Origin: Rhizophagus irregularis
Lineage: Eukaryota
Assembly (NCBI RefSeq): GCF_026210795.1
Contig: NC_089433.1
Location: 1,612,001-1,676,000, forward strand
Reading direction: 5' to 3'
DNA: 64,000 nt
The notes under the pieces were generated by a model. It was not told the DNA's origin. It saw only the letters and a list, made by a program, of their open reading frames with translations, and searched no databases. This document shows, one piece after another, positions 1-13,999 of the stretch; positions within the stretch are counted from its first letter, which is position 1; each line of letters starts with the position of its first letter. Position numbers and translations under genes: made by a program.

Positions 1-332
1 CTAATAGCTTATCTGGAAAAATCTTTAATTTTCTTACTACTTCTTTATTAAAATATATTACCGTCTTTTCTATTATCTTTCAAGCTATAAAAAAAGAACT
101 ATTGATTAAACAAGATGTCTTAAGAAATATAGTAAATAATGCCGTTAACTTAGTAACAAATACTTACTCTAATAATATATTAGCGTAAAATAAGCTTTTA
201 ATAGTTTTCATGCAGGTTGGTTAATAAGTTTTATAAAAAATAGTATTTACTAATGGCATATAATGATTGATACACTTCTAATATTAGAGTTTTGAACTTG
301 TAAAGGCTTTAGTTAATAACTGGAAGAATTAT

Positions 333-1070
333 TTAAGAATCCTTTTTCGATTGGAGTATATCTGATATAGGATAGGAGATCAGCAGTATAGAAAATTTTA
401 ATAAGGCATATATCTTACTTCTTGCAAATATCCTGTCACATATCTTTTGTATTTCTAAAGTTTCATTTTCCTGATGATATAGACTATTATGATGATAATG
501 TTGAGGACCCTGGTATTTGAATGCAAGATACAATTTCTTATTATATCTATTGAGTTGCATTCCATTCAAAAAATTTGGCTTGCGTGATGGAAATTTTTTG
601 CTTAGCAAATTTCAAAAATATATTAACATTGATGTTTACCACTTTACATAAACTTCGATATAGTAAGACATCATTCAAATTTTTTCATAATATATTTTAG
701 TGGATATTTCTACTGATACGTACTATTTTTACAAGACTAAAGATACATATTATGATCATTTATCCGTCCAGTCCTTTTTAGACACTGACTACTACGTTTT
801 CTGGTATAATCAATAACTTGATCTATCTCTTTATTAGTGATATAAGCAATATATATAAATAATATACTTTGGGTGAACATCTAACTTTTTTTGAATCATG
901 AGTTTTTTTTGCACAAACCTATATGATGGAGCATATTCACTATCAAGATAATATAAAATTGGCTTATTCTTTATAACAACAACTTTTCAGATTTTATGAA
1001 GGTTTGGATTTCATATTGAATCAGTTACCTACCTTTGATTTTCCATACCCCTTTTCATTCCGCATTGGCA
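333..1070 (-). pseudogene. Decayed gene for a zinc-ribbon (W-x-C-x3-H-x-W...CPxC type) plus PD-(D/E)xK-like nuclease protein
   Basis: ORF 333-608 reads [29 protein letters not shown], resembling the 'LELDGYNEELKLAFEYQGxQHY' nuclease-like motif. The upstream frame reads [42 protein letters not shown], with in-frame stops (739, 712, 673) where Trp is expected. The upstream boundary is approximate. Confidence 0.55.
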
Positions 1071-1167
1071 AGTAAGTAATAGGCAGTATTATCTTTCTTT
1101 AATGCTATTTCATTTTTTTTAACCAGGTGCTTTATATTTTATAGATATCTGAATTTAACTTGATCTA

Positions 1168-1900
1168 CAGTGCAATTATTCTATAACCAACCCAATTTTA
1201 TAGTTATAATGCGACATTTTTCAAAGATGTACATTAGCAAAAAATAATATTTTAAAATTCTAACCAATAATTTTAATAAAGCATATCAAGAGCTTTTAAA
1301 CTTATCAGGTTAGATTAAAAAATAATAAATTTTGCTAATGTTATATAAGTTTGAAGTTCAGGTAATTTATTATGATGGGAAAAATTTGAGAATAAGTGAT
1401 TTTTGTGTAACATAAAAAAAACAATCATTTGATAATACTTATTTAAATAAATCATTTTAGTTTATAAACTTACCCATGCTTTATTAAAAAAATTTTGAAA
1501 AAAAATTTAAAAAAAATTTTGGTAGTTTTTATTTATTGCAAATTATATTATGTTTATTTCTCAAAAAAGAATTACAGGAAAACTTGCTAAAAAAAATATA
1601 AATCCTATAGAAAAGTTCCTGATGATATGCTTAATCAAATTACTTTAAATAATTATAATGAATAATAAATTATATATAAAAAATTATGCATAATTCTAAT
1701 TAACATTAAATATTGTATTAGCCAATCAAATGTATTTAAGTCATGTGATTTTGTATTATGTCAGCAAAAAAAAATTGAGAAAATTTTTTTATTTGCTTAA
1801 TGTATTTATCTTTTAAAAGCTATCTAATTTTAAAATTTTATAAAATTCTGATCATTGGGGAATTACAAGATATAATGATCTATTATGGGATGCCGCACTG
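1168..1900. mobile_element. Degenerate non-autonomous pogo/Tigger-like DNA element
   Basis: TA|CAGTGCAATTATTCTATAA ... ATTATGGGATGCCGCACTG|TA: CAGTGC inverted ends, TA on both sides, arms differ mostly by transitions. Confidence 0.4.
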
Positions 1901-2124
1901 TAATATAATGTCTTTCACTAGTTTGAGTTTCCATTTTTCTGATTCTGGTTTTCAAATAAGGCGTATGGGATAATTATTTAAATAATTAATAAGCTACGTC
2001 ATGCTTGTTATAACGACACGCAGGGAGTCAAGCTTGCTTATAAGATATAATAAAAATTTTAAGAGATTTGATTGGTTAATTCATTATAGCTAGGGGAAAT
2101 TTATTATAATTGTCTGAAAAATTC

Positions 2125-2162
2125 ACTATATTAAGGGTTCGCTATATCAAGGTTTGACTGTA
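2125..2162. repeat. Solo pogo/Tigger-like terminal repeat
   Basis: CGCTATATCAAGGTTTGACTG|TA is the reverse complement of TA|CAGTCAAACC..., typical of Tc1/pogo-type ends. The partner end is not clearly recognisable. Confidence 0.35.
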
Positions 2163-2199
2163 CTGGTTTATATTTAACCAATACTCTTATTAATTCAGA

Positions 2200-2830
2200 A
2201 TTGGAAGATATTGATTTAATAGTATACTAGATTTTATATAGAATTTTTAAGAGTGTCTGATTGAAACACTTTACAAATACAACTCTTTTGTGAGACTGTG
2301 ACTATATGAGCTGACTACTTGAATAGTAACATCATGTTTTTGCATTAGTCAGGAGGTTTTGCCCATAAATTCATGATTTCTGTCATATTATAAAAGCTTT
2401 AGCCATGTCAATAGATTATTTCAAGTACTATATACTTTTCTAAATGCTCTAGCAACTTCTGAACTATTTTTAGATATGCGCGGAACTGAAGTTTTATATC
2501 AGAAAGCACAGTCTATAATATTGAGTACTGCTTTATATTTTTTTACCTTTATAATGATCATGAATAAGAAATAGTATATCACACTGATGTACACAATTAG
2601 GACATGTTATTCATCTATAACTAACTCTAGAAATGTATTTCAAAAAGATTTTATTTGTTTGGTATAACTCCTGATTTTCTAAAAAAATCTTTACATTCAC
2701 TTAGGCAGAATTGATATCCTTCTTTCTTATATGCATTTTTCAACAATTTGGGATTAAAATAATATCCAGTTGGATGATAATACTATATATTACGCAATAT
2801 GATAATAATATAGATTTATTAAATCAGATA
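2200..2830 (-). pseudogene. Retroviral-type (rve) integrase relic, Maverick/Polinton- or Ginger-like
   Basis: Minus-strand translation gives YYHPTGYYFNPKLLKNAYKKEGYQF... KYKAVLNIIDCAF*YKTSVPRISKNSSEVARAFRKVY... LTWLKLL*YDRNHEFMG. This matches the integrase core pattern (...SxEVAxAF...WPKLLxxDxGxEFMG), with stops and frameshifts. Confidence 0.6.
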
Positions 2831-5800
2831 TTTTAATAGTTAATTATTATTACATTAATTATAACTAGTTCAATTTTCTACAAAAGATTTATTTATATAG
2901 TTTATTATTTTATTAAAATAAAAGCATAAAAAAGAAAAATTAGCCAAGAAAAAAGTAATAATTACTGATTTTTTTGTTAATTAAATTAAATGAAAAAGTG
3001 CTTTTTTTATAAACTAAACTTAAAAATACAAGACAGTAATGAAATAGTAATCTATCTATTAATTTCAAATAAAGATAAAAAAAAAGAAAGAAAATCAGTT
3101 ATTAAAAAGAAAGCTACACATATAATTATAAGATATTAGCTAATAAAACTTATGTTTATATATATTAATGATATTATTACTATGTATTTCCTTTGATTTA
3201 AAAAAATATAGATTTATTATACTACCTAAAAATCTGAAGTAAAGTTATTTTAGTTAAACTATATAGTAGAAAAAATAACTTTAATAGTTATATCCAATTA
3301 TAAAGTTTTTAAAGTTATCATTATGAAAGTAATATAGAAGAAAAAAAGTACAAATTTGTAATTTACCTAAAAAATAAAAAGATCTTAATAATTTTATAGA
3401 TAAATAATTTAAGATTAAAAACAAGAAAATAGATTATTACTATACTTTTTCTGTTTTATTATGAAATCTAAAGCCAATTAAAAAAGAATAAGAAGACTAA
3501 AAATTTTAAAAAAAAAACCCTTTGCAAAGAATTCCAGTCTAAAGAATAAAGTTATTATAAGTATTAATCAGATTTTTTTGAATACATACAAGTAATATTA
3601 GTATAAAATTAAGAAAGATAATATAAAAGAATTTTTCAACTAGAATTGCAAGTTTTAATTTTAACATAAAAAAACAAGAAGAAGAATTTCAGAATTTCTA
3701 AAAAAAATTTTATAAGAAAGTAATAAAATTAAAAGAAATACTAATAAAATTAACAGATAGAATGTAACTGTAAGGATGCTTATAATTAATTTAATAAAAA
3801 GTTAATTCTATAATTTTAGATATAGTTTTAACTTTTAATCCTTATTTTTTAGATAGAAGTTTTAGATTTCTTTCAGAATTTTTTCTTTTAGTTAATTATA
3901 CACTTATACTTTTTCTTATATAGAATTTTTTTGTTTTAAAGATTAATTTTTTTTTCTTTTAGTTTGTTATTTATGAAGTATATTTTGCTTAGTTCTTGTA
4001 ACTTTATAAGATAAAGTACAAGTTTTATTGATAAAATATACAACTTGATTCTTTAATAAAATAAATACTGCTTTTTTTAAGAGTAATTTTCAAAAACAAA
4101 TATTGTATAATATTATTATAATTCTATACCTTATTTATGCAAATAATCCAATATACTTACTATAAGAGTAAAAAAAAATAATATTATAATTCACTAATTT
4201 TAAAATTTTAAGCTAAAATTTATTATAATTTAATTTAATTTATTTGGTTTAAACTAAAAATTATTATAATTTAATATGATTTTATATTAAATTAAACTAT
4301 AAAATTCATAGTTTAATCAAATTTGAATTAGATTTTAATCAGTTTAACTAATATGAATATTAAATTATTTTTTATATAAAAGTAAATTTTTTATATAAAG
4401 TAAATTTTTATATTTTTTGTTTTATTTATATATATATATAAAGATTAGATAAAAATTTGAAAATTTAAAAATTTTAAAAACTGAATTCTAAATATTACAA
4501 AATTACAAAATAATTATTAAAATATAAAAACTTTTGCTTAACTTAATAACTTATGATAAATATTACTATGTACTAAAATAAGTTAAAGAGCATTATTTAA
4601 GAGGGTGTTAGCACCAAAATCATAATGGAATTTTTGTGGTTGACTTACAGATCATGAGATAATAATCAGAAAAAAGATTTAATATATTAATTTTTTTTTT
4701 GTTAAAAAAAAAATTTAAATGAAAAAAAATATACAATATATATAACAGATAGTATTTGTATTAAATAGGAATAATTGATTGATTTATTGCAAAATTAGCA
4801 TTATCGGATCTTACTGATGTAATTATTTTCGTATTACAAGAATTAAAAAAAAAATCTACAATTATTTCAAATAAGCAATGTCCGAAAATATGACATCAGA
4901 ACCATAAATTATTTGATCTAAATTACAGAAATCTTTGTTGATAGAACTGTTGATAGAGCTAAGTGCCATATATGAAATGGACATCTTTTCGAAATGGTTA
5001 AACGCTAAATTTTAGTCTTGATAAAATTCGTAGTATACGTTGAAATAGTTTTTTTCTATAACTAATAAACAAGATTTAAAAGTTTTCGAATCAACATATA
5101 AATTATAAACTAAAAAGTTTGTAAAGCGTGTTTTAAAGATGCATTAACTATAGAGACGTACACACTTTAACAATGGACTAAATTATTGAATTCCTAGAAG
5201 TTTTTTTTTGTTTCACTTATTATAAGAAGATCATAACTATTTAGACGTTTAACAAGATAACAAAAGCAAATTTCAGGTATTTAATTCGGCGAGTCTAAAA
5301 TTAGATTAATATGATTAATTGGTAGATATTGCCGATTTACAAAACTGCAGTATTGTTTATTAATGAAATTATGGCAGAGTTTCATGTCATAAATTCGGAT
5401 TTTTTTTTGAAATAATATGATTGGTTAAATCTAAATTTCAAATGCCTTTTTCGGCCAGATCATCGTATAAATTTACGGTTAAAGGCATGTTACATTAACA
5501 TCTGATCTTTACCTTTTGTATTTCACAAATTTTCACAACTGGCGTTTGAGGTCATGATGATGTTATCGCACCGAATATCAATATTGATATCACTTCAAAA
5601 TTTCCTGCCACATTATTATTACACAAGGGAGACAAATTCTTCTCGAACCAAATTTTAGCATAACATTAATAAAAAAGTAAATCTTTGGTAAATCCTTATA
5701 ACTTTGATATTTCAAAGTTTTCTTCATTTTTTTTTTTAATTTTTTGTGCTAGTAAAACAAAAAAAAAGTGAACAAAGAAAAAGTTTTTATTAACCTAACA

Positions 5801-5958
5801 GACTCAACCTATAAGTTTTCTGGAGTTAAAGCAGAGTACTGTTGTGGTATAAATAGACTTATTTCTTAGTTACTACTATACATTTTTTCGAGTTCAAATC
5901 TCTTCAAAGTTTGAGTATAGATTGTTAAATAATACCATAGTTTCTCTACACAAATAAT

Positions 5959-7558
5959 ATGGCCCCAAATTTTTTTGGCACCACTTCAGGTGGAATTTCA
6001 CAAGGATCTGATACAAACTCTAACGAGAGTGCACAATCGGGTAAAATTACTTCAGCATTACAATCTTTCTCACAGACCTGGATAGAGTGGACAACAATAG
6101 TTTCTCAGCGACATGGGTCAGTAATAAAGTCTTTCTCACTGAGTTGGTCAGAATGGATGTTAGAAGTTTCTAAACAAAAACCTCAACTACCCGAACCTCC
6201 AAATGATGTGTTGAAATTACAACAATATATTGTCAATAATCATGGATGGTGGCCAATTTTTGGCGGAGAGCCAAGGCTTAAAAGAAAACATGGTGCTTCG
6301 ACTTCATTACACATCTCATCAAAAAAAACGCCCCATAATTTAATACATTATGAGCTTCCAAAACGTCGGAAAATTCATAATAATTCACATTTTTCGTCGC
6401 AATTTTCATGCAAAAACTATCTTGCTGTTGAATGGATCCCTGAAGAAGATTTTTTTCTAACGGCAAACCCACCAAGAACTACAACATCGGCATTGCCTCA
6501 AGAAAATTTCGCTGCAGTTACTAGCAGAGTCTTATTAGTACGCAGGTTGAAAGCAAAACAGGGAAATTCTTTTAAGGGTGATGCTGCCACGAGGTTTCGA
6601 AAAAGCGTTCTTACAAAAGAACATAATGGTAGATTTGACATTTTGTCTTGATAATTTTATATATAGTTTTAGAGATTTTATATAATTTGTAGATAAATAA
6701 AGTATAATTAATTTCGATTCTCAACGATCTTTTAATCATAGCTACAAAAAATTGGGGTACTTTAAAATCCCTTGTTGAAACATCAAATATAAATCATGCG
6801 ATTGATGCAGATGTGATTGTAAAGCGACCATGGAAAGATGGGACAACAGATCCCGTTAAAGGTACGCTTGATGAACTCAAGCGGTTTCGACTTCAGCGTG
6901 CTGGGGATTTGGGTCTTATAGCTCGTACGTCTTATTATGATACTTGTTAATTAAAATAATTAAAAAAGAAATAGCGTTAAGATCAAAGTTGTATTTTTTT
7001 GTAATTTTTGTATAATATATATTTATTTGGAATTAATGATAAATTATATTGGATCTTTTGACACTTGTTAGTTTGTCTGTTAAATTTTTTTTTCCTTTTT
7101 GTGGTTTTTGATATCTTCGAATCATATTTTATTCTTTTTTTAATTTGCTCAACGGATTATAATTTAAATTGTAGGTTCGGTGTTCGACGCAACACGACCG
7201 GATCGAGAGCTTTTGGAAAAAGCTCGTGAAAATTATCTTACTCATAAAGGTAAGAATTAATCGTTTTTTCTTAATTATGAAAAATTTTAAACATTTTTTT
7301 TTTTACATATTTCTTTCAGGCAAATGTCGACCCATATATGTACCTCCAGTGAGAAAGGTTGGACCCCCGCCTCCACCCCCCATAAATACTAAAATTGAGA
7401 CATCTATGTTTGGAGTTAACTCTTCGAATCTAAATACAGATCATCAGAGTTTAATTTCTGAGATGGAATTGGTTTTAATTCCGAATGATTTTGAGTCTGA
7501 TGACGTTACTGTTGATAATCGAGATAACCGAGATTCTACTATTACATCTTCTAATTAG
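5959..7558 (+). CDS. Hypothetical protein (~388 aa, 4 exons)
   Basis: Exons 5959-6628, 6742-6924, 7175-7249 and 7320-7558 join in frame through GT-AG introns. No family recognised; poly-Pro near the C-terminus. Confidence 0.7.
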
Positions 7559-8502
7559 ACCTATATTATAAGATTCAGTAAAAAGCCTAGAATGTGACAC
7601 AAAATGTTTCCTGAGTATAATTTAAGTTATACCTTACTCTTTTATAGTAATATAAAGATTCCTTGGAATGTTCTATTTCTCTAGGTTTTTTTTTTAAAAA
7701 AAAAATTTAGCTAAAAGCGCCTTCAAGGAATGCTTCTGCGAATCAGAAACTTAATTATTCAAAGGATGATACAATACTTCGTCTTGGGAATATCTTGATC
7801 ACTTCAGAAAGGTTTCCAAAAAATTTTTTTATTAGGAAAAAAAATTATTTGACTGATAAATTAAAAATTTCTTTTATTATTCGGTGAAATATCGGGCTCA
7901 AAAAATTGTCATTTTGGAGAGTTTTGAATGTTATTGTAATCTTCTTTATAGTACAAATTTGGTGGGAAAATTACAATATATTAAGATAACTCCATTTTAT
8001 TTTTTTTTTTCTCTCTATTTTTACTGTTTATGTATATGTATATATGTAACAGCAAAAAATAATTTGTATATAGTTTTTTTTTTTAATTTAAAGTGATAGA
8101 ATATTAATGTTCACCCTTTTTTAATTAATTTATTTTACTGTAGGAGAAAATCAAAACAACAAATCGAAGAAAGAAAACACATTTGGTTTAGTAATAAATT
8201 TCACTGTTTATCTTTAATCTTTTTTTTTATTTATTATATGTTGATTTGTCTTTTTTGTATATAATTCCCACTTAATTGATTTTTATTCATGTGTAGAGAT
8301 TAATTTGTTATTTAAAGGAAAACTTTAATACTTTTACAATGTTTTGTAGTTTATTAATGATTGATGTATACTTTGTTTAGAATTTGTAAAATAGAATAAA
8401 TTTTACATTTAAATAAAAGTTTATTACTTTTTAAATCAATTGCATTTTTAAAAGCTTTTACCAAACCAACATCAAATCAAAACCTTTTATAAATTCTTGT
8501 CG

Positions 8503-11500
8503 TCATATATCCATCACATCATCATCTTCAGATGAGAATTCATAGTTCTCCATGAAATCGTCAATATCATCATCATCATCCTCTTCATTCTCAAGATCCG
8601 AATCTAAATCAAATGGCAATTCGGATTTCATGGCCTTCCAAATTTCATTTTCGTCATCGCTTACTTCGCCAAGTTCAACAAAAGGAAAATCGTCTTCGGT
8701 ATCTTGTTTCTTTTTCTTAACCTTTTGTATATCTTTACCAGTATGCTTTTGTGTAAAATATTTGTGGAAGAAAATCTAATGCGATATAATATAATTAAAT
8801 TAGATGCAATTCATAAAAGACTACAACAGGAATTGATCATATGGTACCTGATCTACTGGCACATCTTTTAATTCCATTGACCAAAATTCTTTGGAATTTA
8901 CGTTCAACTCATCCTTGGAAATTCCGGTACCTTTTTTGATTACAACTTTTCCTGGCTCTGAAGTTTTCGTAGGTTGAAGTAAAGGATTACTACCTTTAAT
9001 TTTGTCATGCTTCTTTGGATTACGGAATACAAATTTATCCAAGAAATGTGTTGTTGTATGGAGATGAAGTTCCGGTTGACCACTGATAGGTTGTTCATTA
9101 ACTATTTGTGTTGCATATAAAGCAACTGTAGGATGAAAATGGTTGGTAAAAGTAGTCTAAATTAAAAAAAAAAAAATTAATTCCAAAGCTTCTCGTGTAA
9201 TACTTAATAGTGGATAATTCACGCTTTACCAATTCCCAAAGTCTCGATTTATCGGCGTTACTATACTGAGGATCTCGTTTTCGTGGATCATATTTTTTAT
9301 TCTTTTCACTCTCCGCGGATTCATTTTTTGAACTTGAATCATGATTCTTTTCGCTCAACTTATCGTCAGTATTTTCCTCTTCGTGATTTTCAGGTCGAAC
9401 AACGAAAGGACGAAGACTCGGCCGTGCAATGATTAGCTATAAGATTAAGCGTATTTTATTAATTATTAATATTATCTGATCATTAAATAAAGTTATGATA
9501 AATAATCACCTCAGCTAATAGATATAAAACACCGCAGATGAAATGTGGTTCATGATGTCCACAAATTTGTACCAATCGTTTTAGAAAAGCTTTGGTTCTT
9601 GTAAGTATGGGGTCAGATTTCAAAGCTTTATACAGAAGATTCAAATACAATGCGTGTTTCGAGCTTTTTATTAAACGGGGATCTAACAAGGAATGATATA
9701 GAGCCCGATAGAAACGATCAGAAAATGACTGAAATATATTAAAATACAAAACTCGATTAGAAATATAAAACAAGATATTGGCATTTTTAGCTTGATAAAA
9801 TCTATCGAAAATATACTTCTTTCTCTGACGATACTCGGTATATAAGCATAAGTGCTTGTATGCTGATATTAAATGTTCCAACATATGTTATTCGATATAA
9901 TACATCTAAATATTTTTCGTAACTAAAGGCAATCATAAAAAATTAGTGCTTAATTCACCTTAGTAAGATTTTTTATTTAATTGGAACTTACACTGTATTA
10001 TTGATCTGAGCAAAATTATAAGCTCTATTAATGCCTGTTAAGAGAGCTGCAATCATTTTGGAATCAACCGCATCTTCAAATTCCGTTACGTTATTATCCT
10101 TGTTTTTAGTTTTAGAATAAGAAATTTTACTCTTTTTGATTTCTTTATCCTTTTTTTCCAACAACTTTGCAAAAAGGACAAAATAGATATCTATTAATTT
10201 ATTAGCCACTTCGGTATCACGTTTTGCTAGGATGATGCGACTCAATGCGATTATTCCGTAGTATTGAGCATGACGATTGGCCGTGGGAAGCAAAATTAAT
10301 TGTTCTATCTCTTGGATAACAATCTTTTTCATGTGAGGATGCTTTGGAAATATTTGATCGATAAGATAAGAAGCTTTCGACGCCACTTTCCTTTCATTAT
10401 CTCCCTATAAATAAATATAAGTTTATTAGTATAAACTTTTTAACGATTTTAATAATTAATATGTTTTAACCACTTACTAGTCTATTCACCAATAATTTCA
10501 GCAAATTAGATTCTTGTTCAGGTTTCTCCATAAATAGAGTAAAAATTATTCCTAAAATTTGAAGCTTTACGTATATTACAACATCATGTGATAATATCTG
10601 TTCGAAAGGGAGTTGAATAAATAATTTACTATAATTTTAATTAAAAAGAGCAAATGGACCTATTTCTATAAAACTGTAATTACTTCGATCACGCGAATTA
10701 ATTCGAAATATTTTCGTTTCAAATAATCTTCAAAACTCCATAATATTAAATCCTTACTCGATATGTTTGTCTTGTCTATAGGTTGGTCCCGGAAAAATCT
10801 ATATCGCGAAATAATTTTAATTATCCATTAATGAATAATTTTACATGTTAATTCTAACTTACTTTAATTTCCGGTCAGGAGGTAATAGTAGTTCAACCAT
10901 TAAATTTTTTAACCCTTCAACAGTTTGAATAGCTTCATTTCTATTTTCTTTACAAGCCATTTTAAATAACGTATCTAGCGCTTTTATTGCATGTACAGGA
11001 GATTCCTCTACAAGGACCGAAAGAGTCGATAATCTATCTTTCAAAGTTCCAGACTTTAACATAGTTGTATAAAAAGCACGATCCGATGCATTACGACGTG
11101 AGCGAATAGCTTCATATACATCGTTTTCTTTATTCAAAAGACGCAATGCATTATTATATAAATCGGAAATGTCTTTGTCAGTTAGTTTTCTTTTTTTCGA
11201 ATCCGAAGGAGGTTGGATTTTAATATTATACCAAAATCGATTTGGTTCAATATTCTTAATAATAATTTACAATATTAATAAATATTTAGTTAAAAATATG
11301 TACAATAAATATATTTTATTACAATTACCAATTTAGATTTCGATTTAGAGTGACTAGAAGTTTCAATTGCTTCTTCTTCCGATATTTCCATTTCTTCTTC
11401 ATATTCGCTATTTTCACAATCTTCACGATTACGATTTTTCATATCATTTATTAATTTTTTCAAATCAGTCTTCAATTCTTCCTTAAAATTAAATAGAAAA

Positions 11501-11642
11501 TGAGATACGTAGGGTATATATGAAAAATACTCTGAAAACTCACGTCGTTATTCGTTGACAAAAATTTCTTTTCAGAATTCGATTTAAAGGCATCATTTTT
11601 TTTATTAAAAGCTCGTGCGGATTTTTTCTTGGTTTTACCCAT
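8503..11642 (-). CDS. MAK21: Ribosome biogenesis protein Mak21/Noc1 (CBF/CEBPZ family), multi-exon
   Basis: Motifs SGTLKDRLSTLSVLVEESPVH, LLTGINRAY, DRFYRALYHSLLDPRL, ALYLNLLYKALKSD, YDPRKRDPQYSNA, FLDKFVFRNPKK and an acidic tail. ATG (MGKTKKK) at 11642. Confidence 0.92.
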
Positions 11643-11922
11643 TTAAATTTTCCGACCAAAGAAAATATAAGATGCACTTTATCCTGAATTTTTTTTTTAA
11701 AAAAAAAAACTGATTATCACTTTGATTTATCCGCAGCTCACAATATTACGACTATTACGGAAAAATTCAAATATGTTTTTGCATGCATGACGCATATATT
11801 ACCGAAATCGTTCCGTAATTTTAACTGAATTTATTTCTCCTCCAATTTTTTTAATTTTTTTTTAATTTTTTTTTTACTTTTGTCTTTCCTTAAAATTTTT
11901 GTATAAAAACTAGATTTTCAAG

Positions 11923-13999
11923 ATGGCTTCTCTCAATATGGACAAAGCAGTTCGGGGGGCCACAAAGCCTAAACGGGCGGCTCCCAAAAAGAAATACCTC
12001 GATGGTATATATATCGCTTTCTTTTTTAAGCTCTATAAATTGGCCCAATATATTATTATTCATTTTTTTCCTCCTTGTATAATAAGTGTTGATTCCAGCC
12101 ACTTCTAGGGACGACACTTTAGGGACGATGTTTATGTCTCTCGATTGTAGGCTAAAGGAGTCTTCATGGACGGTAAGGTTCAACATTCTTTTTAGAACAA
12201 AATTTATATTTATTGACGTTATATTTAAAATAGGTTGTTTTCAAAAGTCTCCTGGTCGTTCACACTTTAATAAGGAGTGGTAAAAGCGATAGAGTTTTAA
12301 ACCATTTGGTAAGGTATCCTGGCTTGTTAAATGTTTCAGGCTTTAAAGATAAATCAAGTGTTCATGGTATGTAAAAAATTGATTTTTTTCTTATGGTGAT
12401 AATATATTAAATATATTTGTTTTAATTCGAGTAGGTGCGGAGCAAATTAAAAATATACATTCATATGCTATTTATCTTGAAGAGAAAGTAGCCGTATATC
12501 GCGAATTGAAAGTCGACTTTGCAAAGGCTACAAATGGAGAAAGTGGTGGACGATTGAAAAAACTTACTGTCGCTAAAGGACTTTTAAGAGAAGTTAATAT
12601 ACTACAGCGTCAATTGGATACACTGTTGAATTGCAAGGTTTGTTGTGTATCAATATTATATATATTTATGTATATTTATGAAGTCTAAAATGGCAATATT
12701 ATTTTCTTTTTTAGTTTTATTTGGACGAGATTAATAATGAAATTACATTAAGTGCTTTCAGTCTTTTGGTTAAAGATTTATTAGCTGTGTTTAAATCTTT
12801 AAATGAAGGCGTCATTAGTGTTCTAGATCAATATATCGAAATGTCAAAAATTGATGCTAAAGATGCTCTTCAAATTTATAAGAAATTTGTTAAGCAGACT
12901 GAAAAAGTTGTAGAATATTTAGGAGCAGCAAAGAAAATGCAAAATCGTTTAAGCATTGTTATTCCCAATTTAAAACACGTAAATATTTGATTTTATTAAA
13001 ATCAATAAATATTTTAAGCATAATTTTAACTCTTTCAATTATGATTTTAGGCACCTACTTCCTTAACAGTATCTCTAGAAGATTATGTCAACGATCCAGA
13101 TTTTGAAACTAACAGGCAACAATATAAGCTTGCGAAAGAAGAACGAACCAAAGCACAAAAAGCACAAAAAACACCACCAGTTTCGAAAAAATCGTTAGAA
13201 AAGAAGCCTTCTAGTCAACCGAAAAATGATTCAAGTAAAAGATTTTTTCATTTTTTTTTAATATATTATATACAAATTTTTTTAATTTCATTATTTGTAA
13301 TTAATACTCGTAAAATCTTTATCAAAATTAGTTGCAAGGTCTAACACTTCTTTACCTACTTCAAGTGATAAGGAAGTTCCAACCAAAGAAAATGATTTTA
13401 TTGATTTTTTTGCAAGCATAGAACAAGAGCAAACTGTGATATTTAGCAATCAGCATTATCAGAATGCGGATACAAATATTTTACGAACGGATTCGTTGCG
13501 TTACAGTACTGCTACTAACCCTTTCTTATCCATGCAAAATCAAGGAATTCAAAGTCCAATAAGTCCAACAAGTCCAATAAGTCCAATGCAACAAAATTTA
13601 AATCAACCTACATCTATAATACAGGATACCAATCCATTTCGCTCGTCAGTATATGTACAAGATCCAGCTCCTGTATCACAAGCTGTTGTACCTTACCAGA
13701 ATCCATTTCTACAGTCATTACCTTCTGCTACAAACACTTCAAATCCATTTGACTCATTATCTGGAACAAACTTCCAATCTCAATTATCTCAAAAGACCAT
13801 ACAATCCTCCATTTCTCCTACAACTTCAACAACTTTAGATAGTAATCCTTTTAGAAGGTTAACTATGTCTCCAGAGTTTGCATCACAACAGAATCATTTA
13901 GCAGGTTTTTCGCAATCAATGCATTCTCAAGATTCATCCACTTCAAGTTTCCAATCGACGAGTTCAACATTTTCTCAAAACGTATATTTAGGATATTAA
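11923..13999 (+). CDS. YAP1801: ANTH-domain clathrin adaptor (AP180/PICALM, Yap1801/2 family)
   Basis: N-terminal KAVRGATKPKRAAPKKKYLD, WTVVFKSLLVVHTLIR, LVKDLLAVFKSLNEGVISVL, IPNLKHAP. The low-complexity tail has a DFF motif and five NPF motifs. Confidence 0.9.

Noticed and set aside
7884..8779. Short ORFs at 7884-8096 and 8552-8779
   Set aside because: The first is low-complexity UTR-like sequence; the second is antisense to the acidic tail of MAK21.
13552..13587. 9-bp tandem repeat AAGTCCAAT/C x4
   Set aside because: Ordinary coding repeat (SPI/SPT) in the disordered tail of the ANTH protein.
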